Shown one piece after another: positions 7,302 to 16,080 of a DNA stretch of 37,752 nt. Positions within the stretch are counted from its first letter, which is position 1, and each line of letters starts with the position of its first letter. This DNA comes from Gammaproteobacteria bacterium (GTDB lineage Bacteria > Pseudomonadota > Gammaproteobacteria > Burkholderiales > SG8-39). The translations under genes were made by a program, and so were the position numbers. The DNA lies in the NCBI GenBank assembly GCA_041499545.1, contig JBGQKK010000002.1:1-37752 (forward strand). The letters run 5' to 3'. A model generated the notes under the pieces. That model was not told the origin of the DNA. It saw only the letters and a list, made by a program, of their open reading frames with translations, and did not search any database.

Positions 7302-7354
7302 TCGGCTAAGCGATACGTGGTCGAAAGAAAGCACCTAACCCTTCCATCGAGCTG

Positions 7355-7380
7355 ATGGCCACCGGCAAGCCGGTGGCCAT
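7355..7380. terminator. Hairpin ATGGCCACCGG-CAAG-CCGGTGGCCAT downstream of the DUF3455 gene
   Basis: Perfect 11-bp stem with a 4-nt loop. No U-tract follows, so intrinsic-terminator function is uncertain. Confidence 0.35.
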
Positions 7381-7773
7381 CGTCGGCTTGCGACCCCAAG
7401 CGGACCTACGACGCCGCGCAGAGCTGACGCTCCCGACGGTCGCGCAAGCTGACGTTCAGTGACCTCGTCCGATCGACCCAGATCGGAAAGGTCGGGACCA
7501 GTGCTGAACGCGCCGATCGGGCGCGGTGACAATGCTGCCCGCCGCGTCATCGATGATTTCAGGTCCACTCGTGCTCCAGCGACATGACGACGGCGCCACG
7601 TTCATGCAGGGGGATAGCCGCGCCAAATGTTCAAGCCCCTCAAGTGCCGGAGCGACGAGCATGCTGGGCGGCGTCTCGGTCATTCCGCGAACGGCACTTC
7701 CGTCCAATACTTCGTTCGTCGCGCGGCGCTCTTGCCGGACCGACGAAACCAAACCACCTAACGGAGTATTGAA

Positions 7774-8358
7774 ATGTCTCTTATCAATGTGAAGTCGATC
7801 GACGGCGTGTCCTCGCCGGACCAGAAGCGGGAAATCACCCAGGAGCCGAGCACTAGCAGCGCTTCAATTCTTTCTCTGGGCCTCGGCATCCTGATGGCCG
7901 GTGCCGCCGGCCACACGCAGGCCGACGGCAAGTTCGTGTCGGTCACCGAAAAAGTCGAACTGGCAGCCGCACCGTCCAAGACCTGGGACGCGATCAAGGA
8001 TTTCAGCCGCTGGCAAGAATGGCATCCGGCCTTTGCCAGCACGGCGATTACCAAGGGTAACGGCACTACCAAGGGCACTGTGCGGGTTCTGACCACCAAA
8101 GACGGCGCGAAGTTCACCGAGGAACTCGTCTCGTACAACACCGCGTCGCGTGCCTACCAGTACCGGATCATCGACTCGCCTCTGCCGATCACAGACTACG
8201 TTTCGACACTCGAGATCAAGCAGAACAAGGCCGGCTCAAGCGTAATGTGGAGTTCCAACTTCAAAGTCAAGGCTGGTGCGTCTGAAGAAGAGATGAAGAA
8301 GACGATCTCGGGTGTTTACCGTGCCGGGCTCGACAATCTCGCGTCGGTGGTGAAGTAA
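7774..8358 (+). CDS. SRPBCC-superfamily protein (polyketide cyclase/dehydrase-like, MxaD-like) with an N-terminal hydrophobic anchor or signal
   Basis: 194 aa. GGAG sits 7 nt upstream of the ATG. Hydrophobic segment ILSLGLGILMAGAAG. The SRPBCC-like core is ...APSKTWDAIKDFSRWQEWHP...YQYRIIDSPLPITDY... Confidence 0.7.
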   Translation: MSLINVKSIDGVSSPDQKREITQEPSTSSASILSLGLGILMAGAAGHTQADGKFVSVTEKVELAAAPSKTWDAIKDFSRWQEWHPAFASTAITKGNGTTKGTVRVLTTKDGAKFTEELVSYNTASRAYQYRIIDSPLPITDYVSTLEIKQNKAGSSVMWSSNFKVKAGASEEEMKKTISGVYRAGLDNLASVVK

Positions 8359-8370
8359 GGCTCGTCCGCT

Positions 8371-8387
8371 GGCCCCTGCGCGGGGCC
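8371..8387. terminator. GC hairpin GGCCCC-TGCGC-GGGGCC between convergent genes
   Basis: 6-bp GC stem located between the SRPBCC stop (8358) and the AraC stop (8489). Confidence 0.3.
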
Positions 8388-8488
8388 GGAGACTACTTCG
8401 TACAACCGCCGCGCAGGCACCAATGTGGGGGTTGAGGCGACGCAGCCCGGATCGGAGATCAGACGCGCTTGCGCGCATCGATTCACGA

Positions 8489-9535
8489 TCATGCTATCGT
8501 CGCGGCCACCAAGGCCGCACTCCCTGCTGAAACGGTGCGCTCACGGCGCCACACCGATGGCGGCACGCCGACAGCGCGCTTGAAGGCGCGACTGAAAGCC
8601 GCTTCCGATTCGTAGCCCGTGTCGAGCGCCACCGATACCAACGTGGCACTGCTTTGCGTCAGCAGGCGCGAGGCGATCTGCATTCGCCAATTGGTCAGGT
8701 ACTGCATCGGTGTCAACCCGATGAACTGCACAAAACGCTCGTGCAGCGCAGAGCGCGACAAGCCCACACGGTCGGCCACTTGCTCCATCGTCCAGGCTTC
8801 GGCCGGGTGCTCGTGCATGAGGCCGAGCACGCGCCCGACATAGCGGTCGCGGAGCCCGGAAAGCCAGCCTCGCTGGTCGTCGGGCAAGCGCTGCAGGTAG
8901 CGGCGCAGCAGGTCGACGAACATCATCTCGCTCATGCGCTCAAGCACCACCTCACCGCCGGGGCGCTTGCGCTCGGATTCTGCCGCGGCTAGTCGAGCAA
9001 AATGCGCAATCCAGTCGTCGGCGTCGCCGGCGAGCTCAGAGGCCGGCGCGTGGATCATCCGCGGCAAAGTGCCGAGCAGCGGATTGAACGGTCGGCGGTC
9101 GCAGCCGAGAAACCCGCACAGCAGGCTGGTTTGAACCGCCTGCGCATCGGCCGGCACGGGCAACGTACGGCGCTCCATGCCCTGATGCAGCATGAAGGGG
9201 AGCTGCGGCGGTCGCGACTTGAAGAGAAAATCGATGTCGGGCTTCGCGCGCAGGCCCGGAACGCTCGAAAGAACATGCGCGTCGCCGTGCGGAAGGACGA
9301 TCACATCGCCCATGTGCAGTTGCACCGGCGCCTCGCCATCCACCGCAGCCCAGCACTTGCCCTGGATCACGACATGGTAGTCCATCATATGCTCGGACTC
9401 TGGCATGATCGCCGGCGACATCACGGAGGAGTGGGGCACTTCGGTGACCCAGGGTTCCGTACAATCGACGTGGAAGTAGAGCGCTCCACGCAGGCGCACG
9501 CTGCGCAGCAGATCCGACAATACGTCCTGAGTCAT
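8489..9535 (-). CDS. AraC-family transcriptional regulator with an N-terminal cupin-type sensor domain
   Basis: 348 aa. The C-terminus has the double HTH: LSRSALHERFVQFIGLTPMQYLTNWRMQIASRLL...GYESEAAFSRAFKRAVGVPP. Confidence 0.9.
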   Translation of the reverse strand: MTQDVLSDLLRSVRLRGALYFHVDCTEPWVTEVPHSSVMSPAIMPESEHMMDYHVVIQGKCWAAVDGEAPVQLHMGDVIVLPHGDAHVLSSVPGLRAKPDIDFLFKSRPPQLPFMLHQGMERRTLPVPADAQAVQTSLLCGFLGCDRRPFNPLLGTLPRMIHAPASELAGDADDWIAHFARLAAAESERKRPGGEVVLERMSEMMFVDLLRRYLQRLPDDQRGWLSGLRDRYVGRVLGLMHEHPAEAWTMEQVADRVGLSRSALHERFVQFIGLTPMQYLTNWRMQIASRLLTQSSATLVSVALDTGYESEAAFSRAFKRAVGVPPSVWRRERTVSAGSAALVAATIA

Positions 9536-9619
9536 GTTTGGAAGTCTACCCCCCGCCCCGCGACATGTCCCAGCGGCAGGCGGATTCTCAAACCCGTCGA
9601 ACCTCTATAGAATCCCCGC

Positions 9620-10003
9620 ATGAGCTCGGTCCTTTCCAAGGAAAAGAACGTCCTCGGCGGCCCGCTTCTCGCGTGCAGCTACTCGCCGCTCACGGGATTT
9701 TTCCGCGACGGCTGCTGCGCGACCTACGGCGCGGAGGGCGTCGCGCATCTGGTCTGTGTCAAGGTGACCGAGGAGTTCCTCGAGTTCAGCCGCTCTCGCG
9801 GCAACGACCTGTCCACGCCGCGCCCGGAGATGCGCTTCAAGGGCCTGTCGCCCGGCGCCCGCTGGTGCCTGCACGTGCTGCGCTGGGTCGAGGCCTACAA
9901 GGCGGGCATGGCGCCGCAGGTGATTCTGGAAGCCACGCACGAGAACGTCCTTCAATACGTCCCCATCGAAGCCCTGAAGGGCCACGCGCTCGACCTGCAG
10001 TGA
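9620..10003 (+). CDS. DUF2237-family protein
   Basis: 127 aa. Conserved blocks NVLGGPLLACS..PLTGFFRDGCC and GARWCLHVLRWVEAYKAG. Confidence 0.8.
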   Translation: MSSVLSKEKNVLGGPLLACSYSPLTGFFRDGCCATYGAEGVAHLVCVKVTEEFLEFSRSRGNDLSTPRPEMRFKGLSPGARWCLHVLRWVEAYKAGMAPQVILEATHENVLQYVPIEALKGHALDLQ

Positions 10004-10004
10004 C

Positions 10005-10022
10005 TTTCCGCGAGCGCGGAAA
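10005..10022. terminator. Hairpin TTTCCGCG-AG-CGCGGAAA immediately after the DUF2237 stop
   Basis: Perfect 8-bp inverted repeat beginning 2 nt after the TGA at 10001-10003. Confidence 0.35.
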
Positions 10023-10118
10023 CAATTTGCAACGAAATACCGGCGCCGGCAATAGTTCGGAAACGAATCCACGCGACAATCGTCGCGTCGTTTCCTCAAA
10101 ACATTCCAGGAGAGAAAG

Positions 10119-10694
10119 ATGAATGCACGTCATGCAGTGAACGCCGGCTTGCTGGCGGCGGCGGCGCTTTTCGCGGGCGCGAGCTGGGCGCAAATGCCCG
10201 GCGGCCCGCGCGGACCCGAAGCGATGGGACCCGGAGGCATGGGACCGGAGGGCATGGGCCCGATGCGCGGGTTCGAGCGGCTGCACAAGGAGCTGAATCT
10301 CAACGCGCAGCAGGAAGAGCTGTGGAAGAAAGCGCAGGCCGCGCAGCAGGATGCGTCCAAGGCAATGCGGGCGAAGGGCGCCGAGACGCGCGCCAAGCTG
10401 CGCGTCGAAATCGACAAGCCCGGAGTCGACCTGAAGCAGTACGCGCAATTGAGCGACAAGCTGCGCGAGCAGATGCACGCGCAGATGGAAGCGACGCGCA
10501 AGCAGGTGCGGGCGGCCTGGTTCGGCGTGTACGACTCGCTCGACGCAAAGCAGAAGGAGCAGGTGCGCGTTGCGATCCGCGACGGCATGGACCGCATGGC
10601 CCATCGCGGCGGGCGCCGGGGCGGACACCACGGCGAGATGCACGGTGAGCGATTCGGCCAGAGCCCGGGCGAGCACCAGCACGACAACGGCTGA
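10119..10694 (+). CDS. Periplasmic Spy/CpxP/ZraP-family (LTXXQ-type) protein
   Basis: 191 aa. Signal peptide (...LFAGASWAQ). Gly/Pro/Met repeats GPEAMGPGGMGPEGMGPM. Two LxxxQ-type motifs (LNLNAQQEELW, LDAKQKEQV). His-rich tail HRGGRRGGHHGEMHGE..HQHDNG. Confidence 0.7.
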   Translation: MNARHAVNAGLLAAAALFAGASWAQMPGGPRGPEAMGPGGMGPEGMGPMRGFERLHKELNLNAQQEELWKKAQAAQQDASKAMRAKGAETRAKLRVEIDKPGVDLKQYAQLSDKLREQMHAQMEATRKQVRAAWFGVYDSLDAKQKEQVRVAIRDGMDRMAHRGGRRGGHHGEMHGERFGQSPGEHQHDNG

Positions 10695-10711
10695 AGCGGG
10701 TACCCGCCGGG

Positions 10712-11656
10712 CTATTCTCCCGGCGGGGTTTGCGGCACCGGGCTCAGCTCGAACAGCTGCGGCGAGGACGCGTCGATTCCGGCGTGTATCCACCTCGTCT
10801 GCGGCGACCCGAAGACGACGACGCGCGTGAAGTTCTCGATAGGGCGACCGGTGAGCGGATCGGCGAGGGGCTTGTCCAGCCTGTAGAAGTGCGTGTCGCC
10901 GTTCACGAACAGAACCGGCTTGCCGAATTCAAGGGCGAGATCGCGCAGCGCGTCGCGAAACCCGGCGAACCCGTCCTGCTTGCGCCGGGACTTCCTCTCG
11001 AAATCCGGATCGGCCTGCGCGAAGATCAGCATCCCGGCCAGGCCGCGCTCGCGCGCGAGCCGCAGGCTGTCGCTCAGCCAGGCGAACACCGCGTCCATGC
11101 GCACCCGGTGCTCGGCGTCCATCGCCTGCGTCCTGCCGAGGTTGTTGTTGCTGCCCTGGACGTTGACGCCCACGAACAGGACATTGCCTGCGATCCAGCG
11201 CAGGTGCTCGCGGTATTCGACATAGATGCCCGATTGTCGCTCGAGCGCGATCTTGCGCGCGCCCAGGCTCGAGTCTCCCGACTCGAACAGCTCGCGGAAC
11301 TTCTTCAGGCGCTCGATGGGGTCGAAGCCGGTGCGGTGGCAATCGACCCAGTCGTTGTCCCCGGGGACGATGACGAAGGGATGCCTCGATCTCTCGAACT
11401 GGCGTTTTCTCGCCTCGAACCACTCGTCGCTGCACGGGCCCCGGCCCCCGGTGATATCGCCGACGTGGATCACGAAGGCGAGGTCCTCGCGGTTCATCTG
11501 ATCGATCATGGTGTCGAGCGCGACGGCCTCGCCCTCGTTGTAGGGCGTGTCCCCGATTAGCGCGAAGCTGATCCGGGGATGGAACGCCGAGGGAAGCGGC
11601 GGCGGAATGTGCGCTGTGCACCCGGCGAGGGCGAGCAGAGCAAGCAGCGACCGCAT
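10712..11656 (-). CDS. Lipoprotein metallophosphoesterase (calcineurin-like)
   Basis: This is the last 314 aa of ORF 10712-13756. ATG at 11656-11654 shares one base with the mutS stop (TGATG). Lipobox LLALAGC. Motifs GDTPY, HVGDITGG and PGDNDW. Confidence 0.8.
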   Translation of the reverse strand: MRSLLALLALAGCTAHIPPPLPSAFHPRISFALIGDTPYNEGEAVALDTMIDQMNREDLAFVIHVGDITGGRGPCSDEWFEARKRQFERSRHPFVIVPGDNDWVDCHRTGFDPIERLKKFRELFESGDSSLGARKIALERQSGIYVEYREHLRWIAGNVLFVGVNVQGSNNNLGRTQAMDAEHRVRMDAVFAWLSDSLRLARERGLAGMLIFAQADPDFERKSRRKQDGFAGFRDALRDLALEFGKPVLFVNGDTHFYRLDKPLADPLTGRPIENFTRVVVFGSPQTRWIHAGIDASSPQLFELSPVPQTPPGE

Positions 11657-14190
11657 CACAGCCGCTTGAGCTTGTAGAGAAATTCCAGTGCCTCGCGCGG
11701 GGAAAGCTCGTCGGGACTGACGGCGGCTAGCGCTTCGCGCAGTGGATCGGATTCGGGCTCGGGCTTGTCCTCTTTCCCGCCCGCCGCGAAGAGATCGGTC
11801 TGCCCGCCGCGCGTCAGGCTCGCGTCCTCGAGCATCTGCAGATACCGGCGAGCGTTGCGGATCACGTTCTTCGGCACGCCGGCGAGCTGCGCGACCTGCA
11901 GGCCGTAGCTCTGCGAGGCGGGGCCTTCTTCGACCGCGTGCAGGAACACGATCGTGTCCTTGTGCTCGATCGCATCGAGGTGCACGTTGGCGGCGTGCTT
12001 GTATTCCAGCGCGAGCCGCGTCATCTCGAAGTAGTGCGTGGCGAAGAGGGTGAGCGCCTTGTTCCTCTCCAGGAGCTGCCGCGCGATCGCCCAAGCCAGG
12101 GCGAGGCCGTCGAAGGTCGAGGTGCCGCGCCCGACCTCGTCCATGAGCACCAGGCTCTTCTCGGTCGCGTTGTGCAGGATGTTGGCGGATTCGGTCATCT
12201 CGACCATGAAGGTCGAGCGACCGCCGGCGAGATCGTCGGCCGCGCCGATCCGCGTGAAGATCTGGTCGACGGGCCCGATGCGCGCGGATTTCGCCGGAAC
12301 GAACGAGCCCGCGTGCGCCATGAGGACGATCAGCGCGACCTGCCGCATGTAGGTGGACTTGCCGCCCATGTTGGGGCCGGTGACGAGCAGCAGCTGGCGC
12401 GCGGGCGAGAGGCGCGCGCCGTTGGCGATGAACTGTTCGATCTGCGCTTCCACCACCGGATGGCGACCGGCGTCGATCTCGACCGCGATCTCGTCGGTGA
12501 ATTCGGGCCTGCAATAGCCGCGTTTCGCCGACACCGCGGCGAAGCAGGCGAGCACGTCGAGCTGCGCGAGCGCCCGGGCGATGCGCTGCAGGACGGGAAC
12601 GTGGACCGCGAGAAGCGAAAGTAACTCGTCGTAAAGTGTCTTCTCCAGCGCGAGGGCGCGGTCGCGCGCCGAGAGTGCCTTGTCCTCGAAGGTCTTCAGC
12701 TCGGGGGTGATGTAGCGCTCGGCGTTCTTGAGAGTTTGCCGGCGGCGGTAGTCGGCGGGAACCTTGTCGGCGTGGGCGTTGGTGATCTCGATGTAGAAAC
12801 CGTGCACGTTGTTGTAGGCGACCCGCAGGTTGGGGATGCCGGTGCGCGAGCGCTCGCGCTGCTCGAGCTCCGTGAGGAACGTCCCGGAGTCGGTTTGCAG
12901 CGCGCGCAGCTCGTCCAGCTCCCGGCTGTAGCCGTCGGCGATCACGCCACCGTCGCGCACCATTCCGGCGGGGTCCTCCATCACCGCGCGGCGGAGAAGG
13001 GCGAGGCAGTCCTGCGGCACCGCGAGGTCGCCCAGCATCTTCGCGAGCAGCGGCACGTTCCGGGGCACCGCGGGGGCGAGCTCCGGAAGCAGCGCGAGGC
13101 TGTCGCGCAGCGATGAGAGGTCGCGCGGGCGCGCGTTCTTCAGCGCGACGCGCCCGGTGATGCGCTCGACGTCGGCGAAGCGGCGCAGCAGCTTGTAGAT
13201 TCCCGGATGGGCGTCGGCGAGCGCCGCGACCGCGTCCTGGCGCGCCGCGAGCGCCGCCTGATCTCTCAAGGGGTGATGCAGCCAGTGGCGCAGCAGCCGG
13301 CTGCCCATGCCGGTCGCGCATTCGTCGAGGACCGAGAAAAGCGTCGGCGCGGGCTCTCCGCGCAGCGTCTCGGTCAGCTCGAGATTCCTGCGCGTCGCCG
13401 CATCCATGCGCAGGTACTCGCTCGCGCGCTCCGGAACGACGGCGGTCACGTGCGCGAGCGCCTGCCCTTGCGTCTTCCTCGCATATTCGAGCAAGGCGCC
13501 GCAGGCGGCGATCGCGGGCTCCATGTCTTCGCAGCCGTAGCCGGCGAGGCTCGCCGCGCCGAGCTGCTTGAGGAGAATCTTCCGGCCCGCGTCGAGATCG
13601 AAGTGCCACTCGGGCAACTTCGTCACCGCGAAGCCGCTCGGCGCGGAGTCCTCCGCCGCTAGGATCTCCGCCGGGCCGATGCGGCGCAGCTCGCTCTCGA
13701 GAAGCTGCGGCGCGATCTCGGTGACGCGCAGGTCGCCGCTCGCGAGATTCAGCCACGCAAGGCCCACCGCGCCCTTGGTCTTCGCCACAGCCAGCAGGAT
13801 ATTGTCGGCCTTCTCCTCGAGCAGCTCCGAGTCGGTGAGCGTTCCCGGCGTTACGATGCGCGTGACCTGGCGGTCCACCGGGCCTTTGGAGGTCGCCGGA
13901 TCGCCGATCTGCTCGCAGATCGCCACCGACTCGCCGATGCGCACCAGCTTCGCGAGGTATTGCTCGACCGCGTGATAGGGCACGCCCGCCATCTTGATCG
14001 GCGCGCCCGCCGAGGCGCCGCGCGTGGTGAGCGTGAGATCGAGCAGGCGCGAGGCGCGCTCGGCGTCCTCGTAGAACATCTCGTAGAAGTCGCCCATGCG
14101 GTAGAACAGCAGGATGTCCGGGTGCTGCGCCTTGAGGCGCAGGTACTGCTGCATCATGGGCGTATGTTCAGAAATCGAGGGCTCGGACAC
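11656..14190 (-). CDS. mutS: DNA mismatch repair protein MutS
   Basis: 844 aa. N-terminus [30 protein letters not shown]. Walker [14 protein letters not shown]. Also STFMVEM. Confidence 0.97.
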   Translation of the reverse strand: MSEPSISEHTPMMQQYLRLKAQHPDILLFYRMGDFYEMFYEDAERASRLLDLTLTTRGASAGAPIKMAGVPYHAVEQYLAKLVRIGESVAICEQIGDPATSKGPVDRQVTRIVTPGTLTDSELLEEKADNILLAVAKTKGAVGLAWLNLASGDLRVTEIAPQLLESELRRIGPAEILAAEDSAPSGFAVTKLPEWHFDLDAGRKILLKQLGAASLAGYGCEDMEPAIAACGALLEYARKTQGQALAHVTAVVPERASEYLRMDAATRRNLELTETLRGEPAPTLFSVLDECATGMGSRLLRHWLHHPLRDQAALAARQDAVAALADAHPGIYKLLRRFADVERITGRVALKNARPRDLSSLRDSLALLPELAPAVPRNVPLLAKMLGDLAVPQDCLALLRRAVMEDPAGMVRDGGVIADGYSRELDELRALQTDSGTFLTELEQRERSRTGIPNLRVAYNNVHGFYIEITNAHADKVPADYRRRQTLKNAERYITPELKTFEDKALSARDRALALEKTLYDELLSLLAVHVPVLQRIARALAQLDVLACFAAVSAKRGYCRPEFTDEIAVEIDAGRHPVVEAQIEQFIANGARLSPARQLLLVTGPNMGGKSTYMRQVALIVLMAHAGSFVPAKSARIGPVDQIFTRIGAADDLAGGRSTFMVEMTESANILHNATEKSLVLMDEVGRGTSTFDGLALAWAIARQLLERNKALTLFATHYFEMTRLALEYKHAANVHLDAIEHKDTIVFLHAVEEGPASQSYGLQVAQLAGVPKNVIRNARRYLQMLEDASLTRGGQTDLFAAGGKEDKPEPESDPLREALAAVSPDELSPREALEFLYKLKRL

Positions 14191-14313
14191 GAGTTTCTTT
14201 TCGTGCTGCTTTTCTGTTGTAATGGGTTGTCGTGGCTCGAGAACCTATGCCGCTCACGGCGGGAATTATCGCTGATATGAGGCTCGGCAGGAGCGCGCCG
14301 AGACCGAGGAGAA

Positions 14314-15309
14314 GTGGAAATTTCGCGACACGCCTTTGGAATGGTTCCGGTCATCGCGTCGGTAGCCGTCGCGGCTTTGGCCTGCGCGCCCGCCGCCGCC
14401 CAGAACGAGGATCGGTATCCGGCGCGGCCGATCCGCTACATCGTCGCGAGCGCCCCCGGCGGCATCGCCGACATCACGCCTCGCGTGCTGGCTCCGCGTA
14501 TGGCCGAGGCGCTGCGCCAGCCGGTGGTCGTCGAGAACCGGCCCGCGGGCGGCATCGTTGCGGCTGGCGAGACGGTGGCGAAGGCCGCGCCCGACGGGTA
14601 TACGCTGCTCTCGGCGACTCCGCAGGTGGCGATCGTGCAGTCGATGGTGAAGGATCTCGCCTTCGACCCGCGCCGGGACCTCGCCCCGATCGCCCTCGTC
14701 GGGGTGATTCCGAACGTCCTCGTAGCCGGCCCGAGGACGCCCGCGAAGACGCTCGCCGAGCTCGTCGAGCTCGCGCGCCGCAATCCCGGTAAGCTGAATT
14801 ACTCCTCGACCGGCGCCGGCACGTCCGTGCATCTTTCCGCGGAGCTCCTCAAGTACTACGCCGGCGTGGACATCGTGCATGTGCCCTACCGCGGCGCGGC
14901 GGCGGCGATGACGGCGCTCCTCGCCGGTGACGTGGACATGATGGTCGATTCGGTGCCGCCCTCGCTGCCGCACATCCGCGCCGGCAAGGCACGCGCGCTC
15001 GCGGTGACGAGTGCGCTGCGTGTGCCGCAGCTGCCCGAAGTGCCGACGATGATCGAGTCGGGATATCCGGATTTCGAGATCAACGGCTGGTCGGGCGTGG
15101 TGACCACCGCGGGCACGCCGAGCGCGATCATCGCGCGGCTCGAGGCGGAGATCGGAAAGGCACTCTCGCAGCCGCAGGTCGTCGCCGCTTACGCCAACGC
15201 GGGGCTCACCGTTCGCTTCATGGGTGCGGCCGAGTTCGGAAAATTCTGGGACGCGGAGATCGCGAAGTTCGCGCTCGCGATCAAGCACTCCGGCGCGGTG
15301 AAGGAGTAA
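14314..15309 (+). CDS. Bug-family (TctC-like) tripartite tricarboxylate transporter substrate-binding protein
   Basis: 331 aa (GTG start; an alternative ATG lies at 14341). Signal peptide, then YPARPIRYIVASAPGG...VVVENRPAGG...APDGYTLL... Confidence 0.88.
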   Translation: MEISRHAFGMVPVIASVAVAALACAPAAAQNEDRYPARPIRYIVASAPGGIADITPRVLAPRMAEALRQPVVVENRPAGGIVAAGETVAKAAPDGYTLLSATPQVAIVQSMVKDLAFDPRRDLAPIALVGVIPNVLVAGPRTPAKTLAELVELARRNPGKLNYSSTGAGTSVHLSAELLKYYAGVDIVHVPYRGAAAAMTALLAGDVDMMVDSVPPSLPHIRAGKARALAVTSALRVPQLPEVPTMIESGYPDFEINGWSGVVTTAGTPSAIIARLEAEIGKALSQPQVVAAYANAGLTVRFMGAAEFGKFWDAEIAKFALAIKHSGAVKE

Positions 15310-15325
15310 TCGGAGGAGGGACGGG

Positions 15326-16022
15326 ATGAATTCGACTCACTTGATTCTGATCGCTTCTGCAGCGCTCGCGGCATGCGTCGCAGGCGTCGCGCAGTGCAAG
15401 GAAGCTTCCGTGGTGCCGACCATGGCCACTCTGCCCAAAGACATCCATCCCGAATCACGCTCCCGCCTGCCGCTGCCGAAACGCGAGGCGCTCGACGAGC
15501 AGGGAAAGCGTGTCTACGACTCGGTTCTCGACCCCAAGCGTCCCACGCTCGCGGGGTTCCAGGGGCCCGCGGGCATCTGGCTGCATAGCCCCGAGGGTGG
15601 GGGAGCCGATCCGCGAAGTGAACCGGATCCTGCGCACTGAGGTGCCGCTCGAGCCGCGGCTGAGGGAGCTCGCGATCCTGGTGACCGCGCGCGAGCTCGA
15701 CAGCCAGTTCGAGTGGACGGCACACGAGCCCGTGGCTCTCAAGGAAGGCCTGGATCCGAAGATCCTCGACATCGTGAAGTTCCGCAGGCCGGTTTCCGGG
15801 GCGCCGGAAAGGGAGACGGCCATCGTCGCCTTCGGCCGCGAGCTCTTTCGCGAGAGAAAAGTCCGCGCGGAGACCTATGCGGAGATGGTGAGAGTCTTCG
15901 GGCAGACCGCGGTCGTCAACCTCACGGCGCTGATGGCGAACTACGCGCTCACCGCGGTAATGCTCACCGCTTTCGATCAGCAGTTGCACGAGGGCGTGAA
16001 GCCCTTGCTGCCGCTTCCCTGA
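15326..16022 (+). pseudogene. Carboxymuconolactone decarboxylase (CMD/AhpD-like) family gene split by a 1-nt frameshift; encodes an N-terminal signal peptide
   Basis: ORF 15326-15640 (signal peptide ... LAGFQGPAGIWLHSP) and ORF 15510-16022 (RVGEPIREVNRILR..RLRELAILVTARELDSQFEWTAHEPVALKEGL) join into one CMD-like protein if one C is dropped from the CCCC run at 15589-15592. Confidence 0.7.
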
Positions 16023-16080
16023 GCCGCGTCCGCGTTATAGTTACGGCCTGGCCGCCGCGGAAGAGAGGGAGCGAGAGAAA

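Noticed and set aside
9536-9619. Possible degenerate copy of the tRNA-Arg 3' end (GGATTCTCAAACCCGTCG) marking the right border of the islet
   Set aside because: Only a loose resemblance to GGTTCAAATCCTGCCG, and it requires gaps. This is not enough to call an att repeat without a proper alignment.
11657-13756. N-terminal 700 codons of the 1014-aa ORF 10712-13756
   Set aside because: Out-of-frame overlap with mutS on the same strand, with extreme Arg/Ala/Pro content. Only the C-terminal 314 aa, starting at the lipoprotein signal, form a plausible protein.
15581-15600. Programmed +1 ribosomal frameshift in the CMD gene
   Set aside because: I see no known +1 shift-site context: no rare or stop codon at the shift and no stimulatory SD-like element. 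A homopolymer indel (sequencing error or pseudogene) is the simpler explanation. It is kept only as a minor alternative in the finding.
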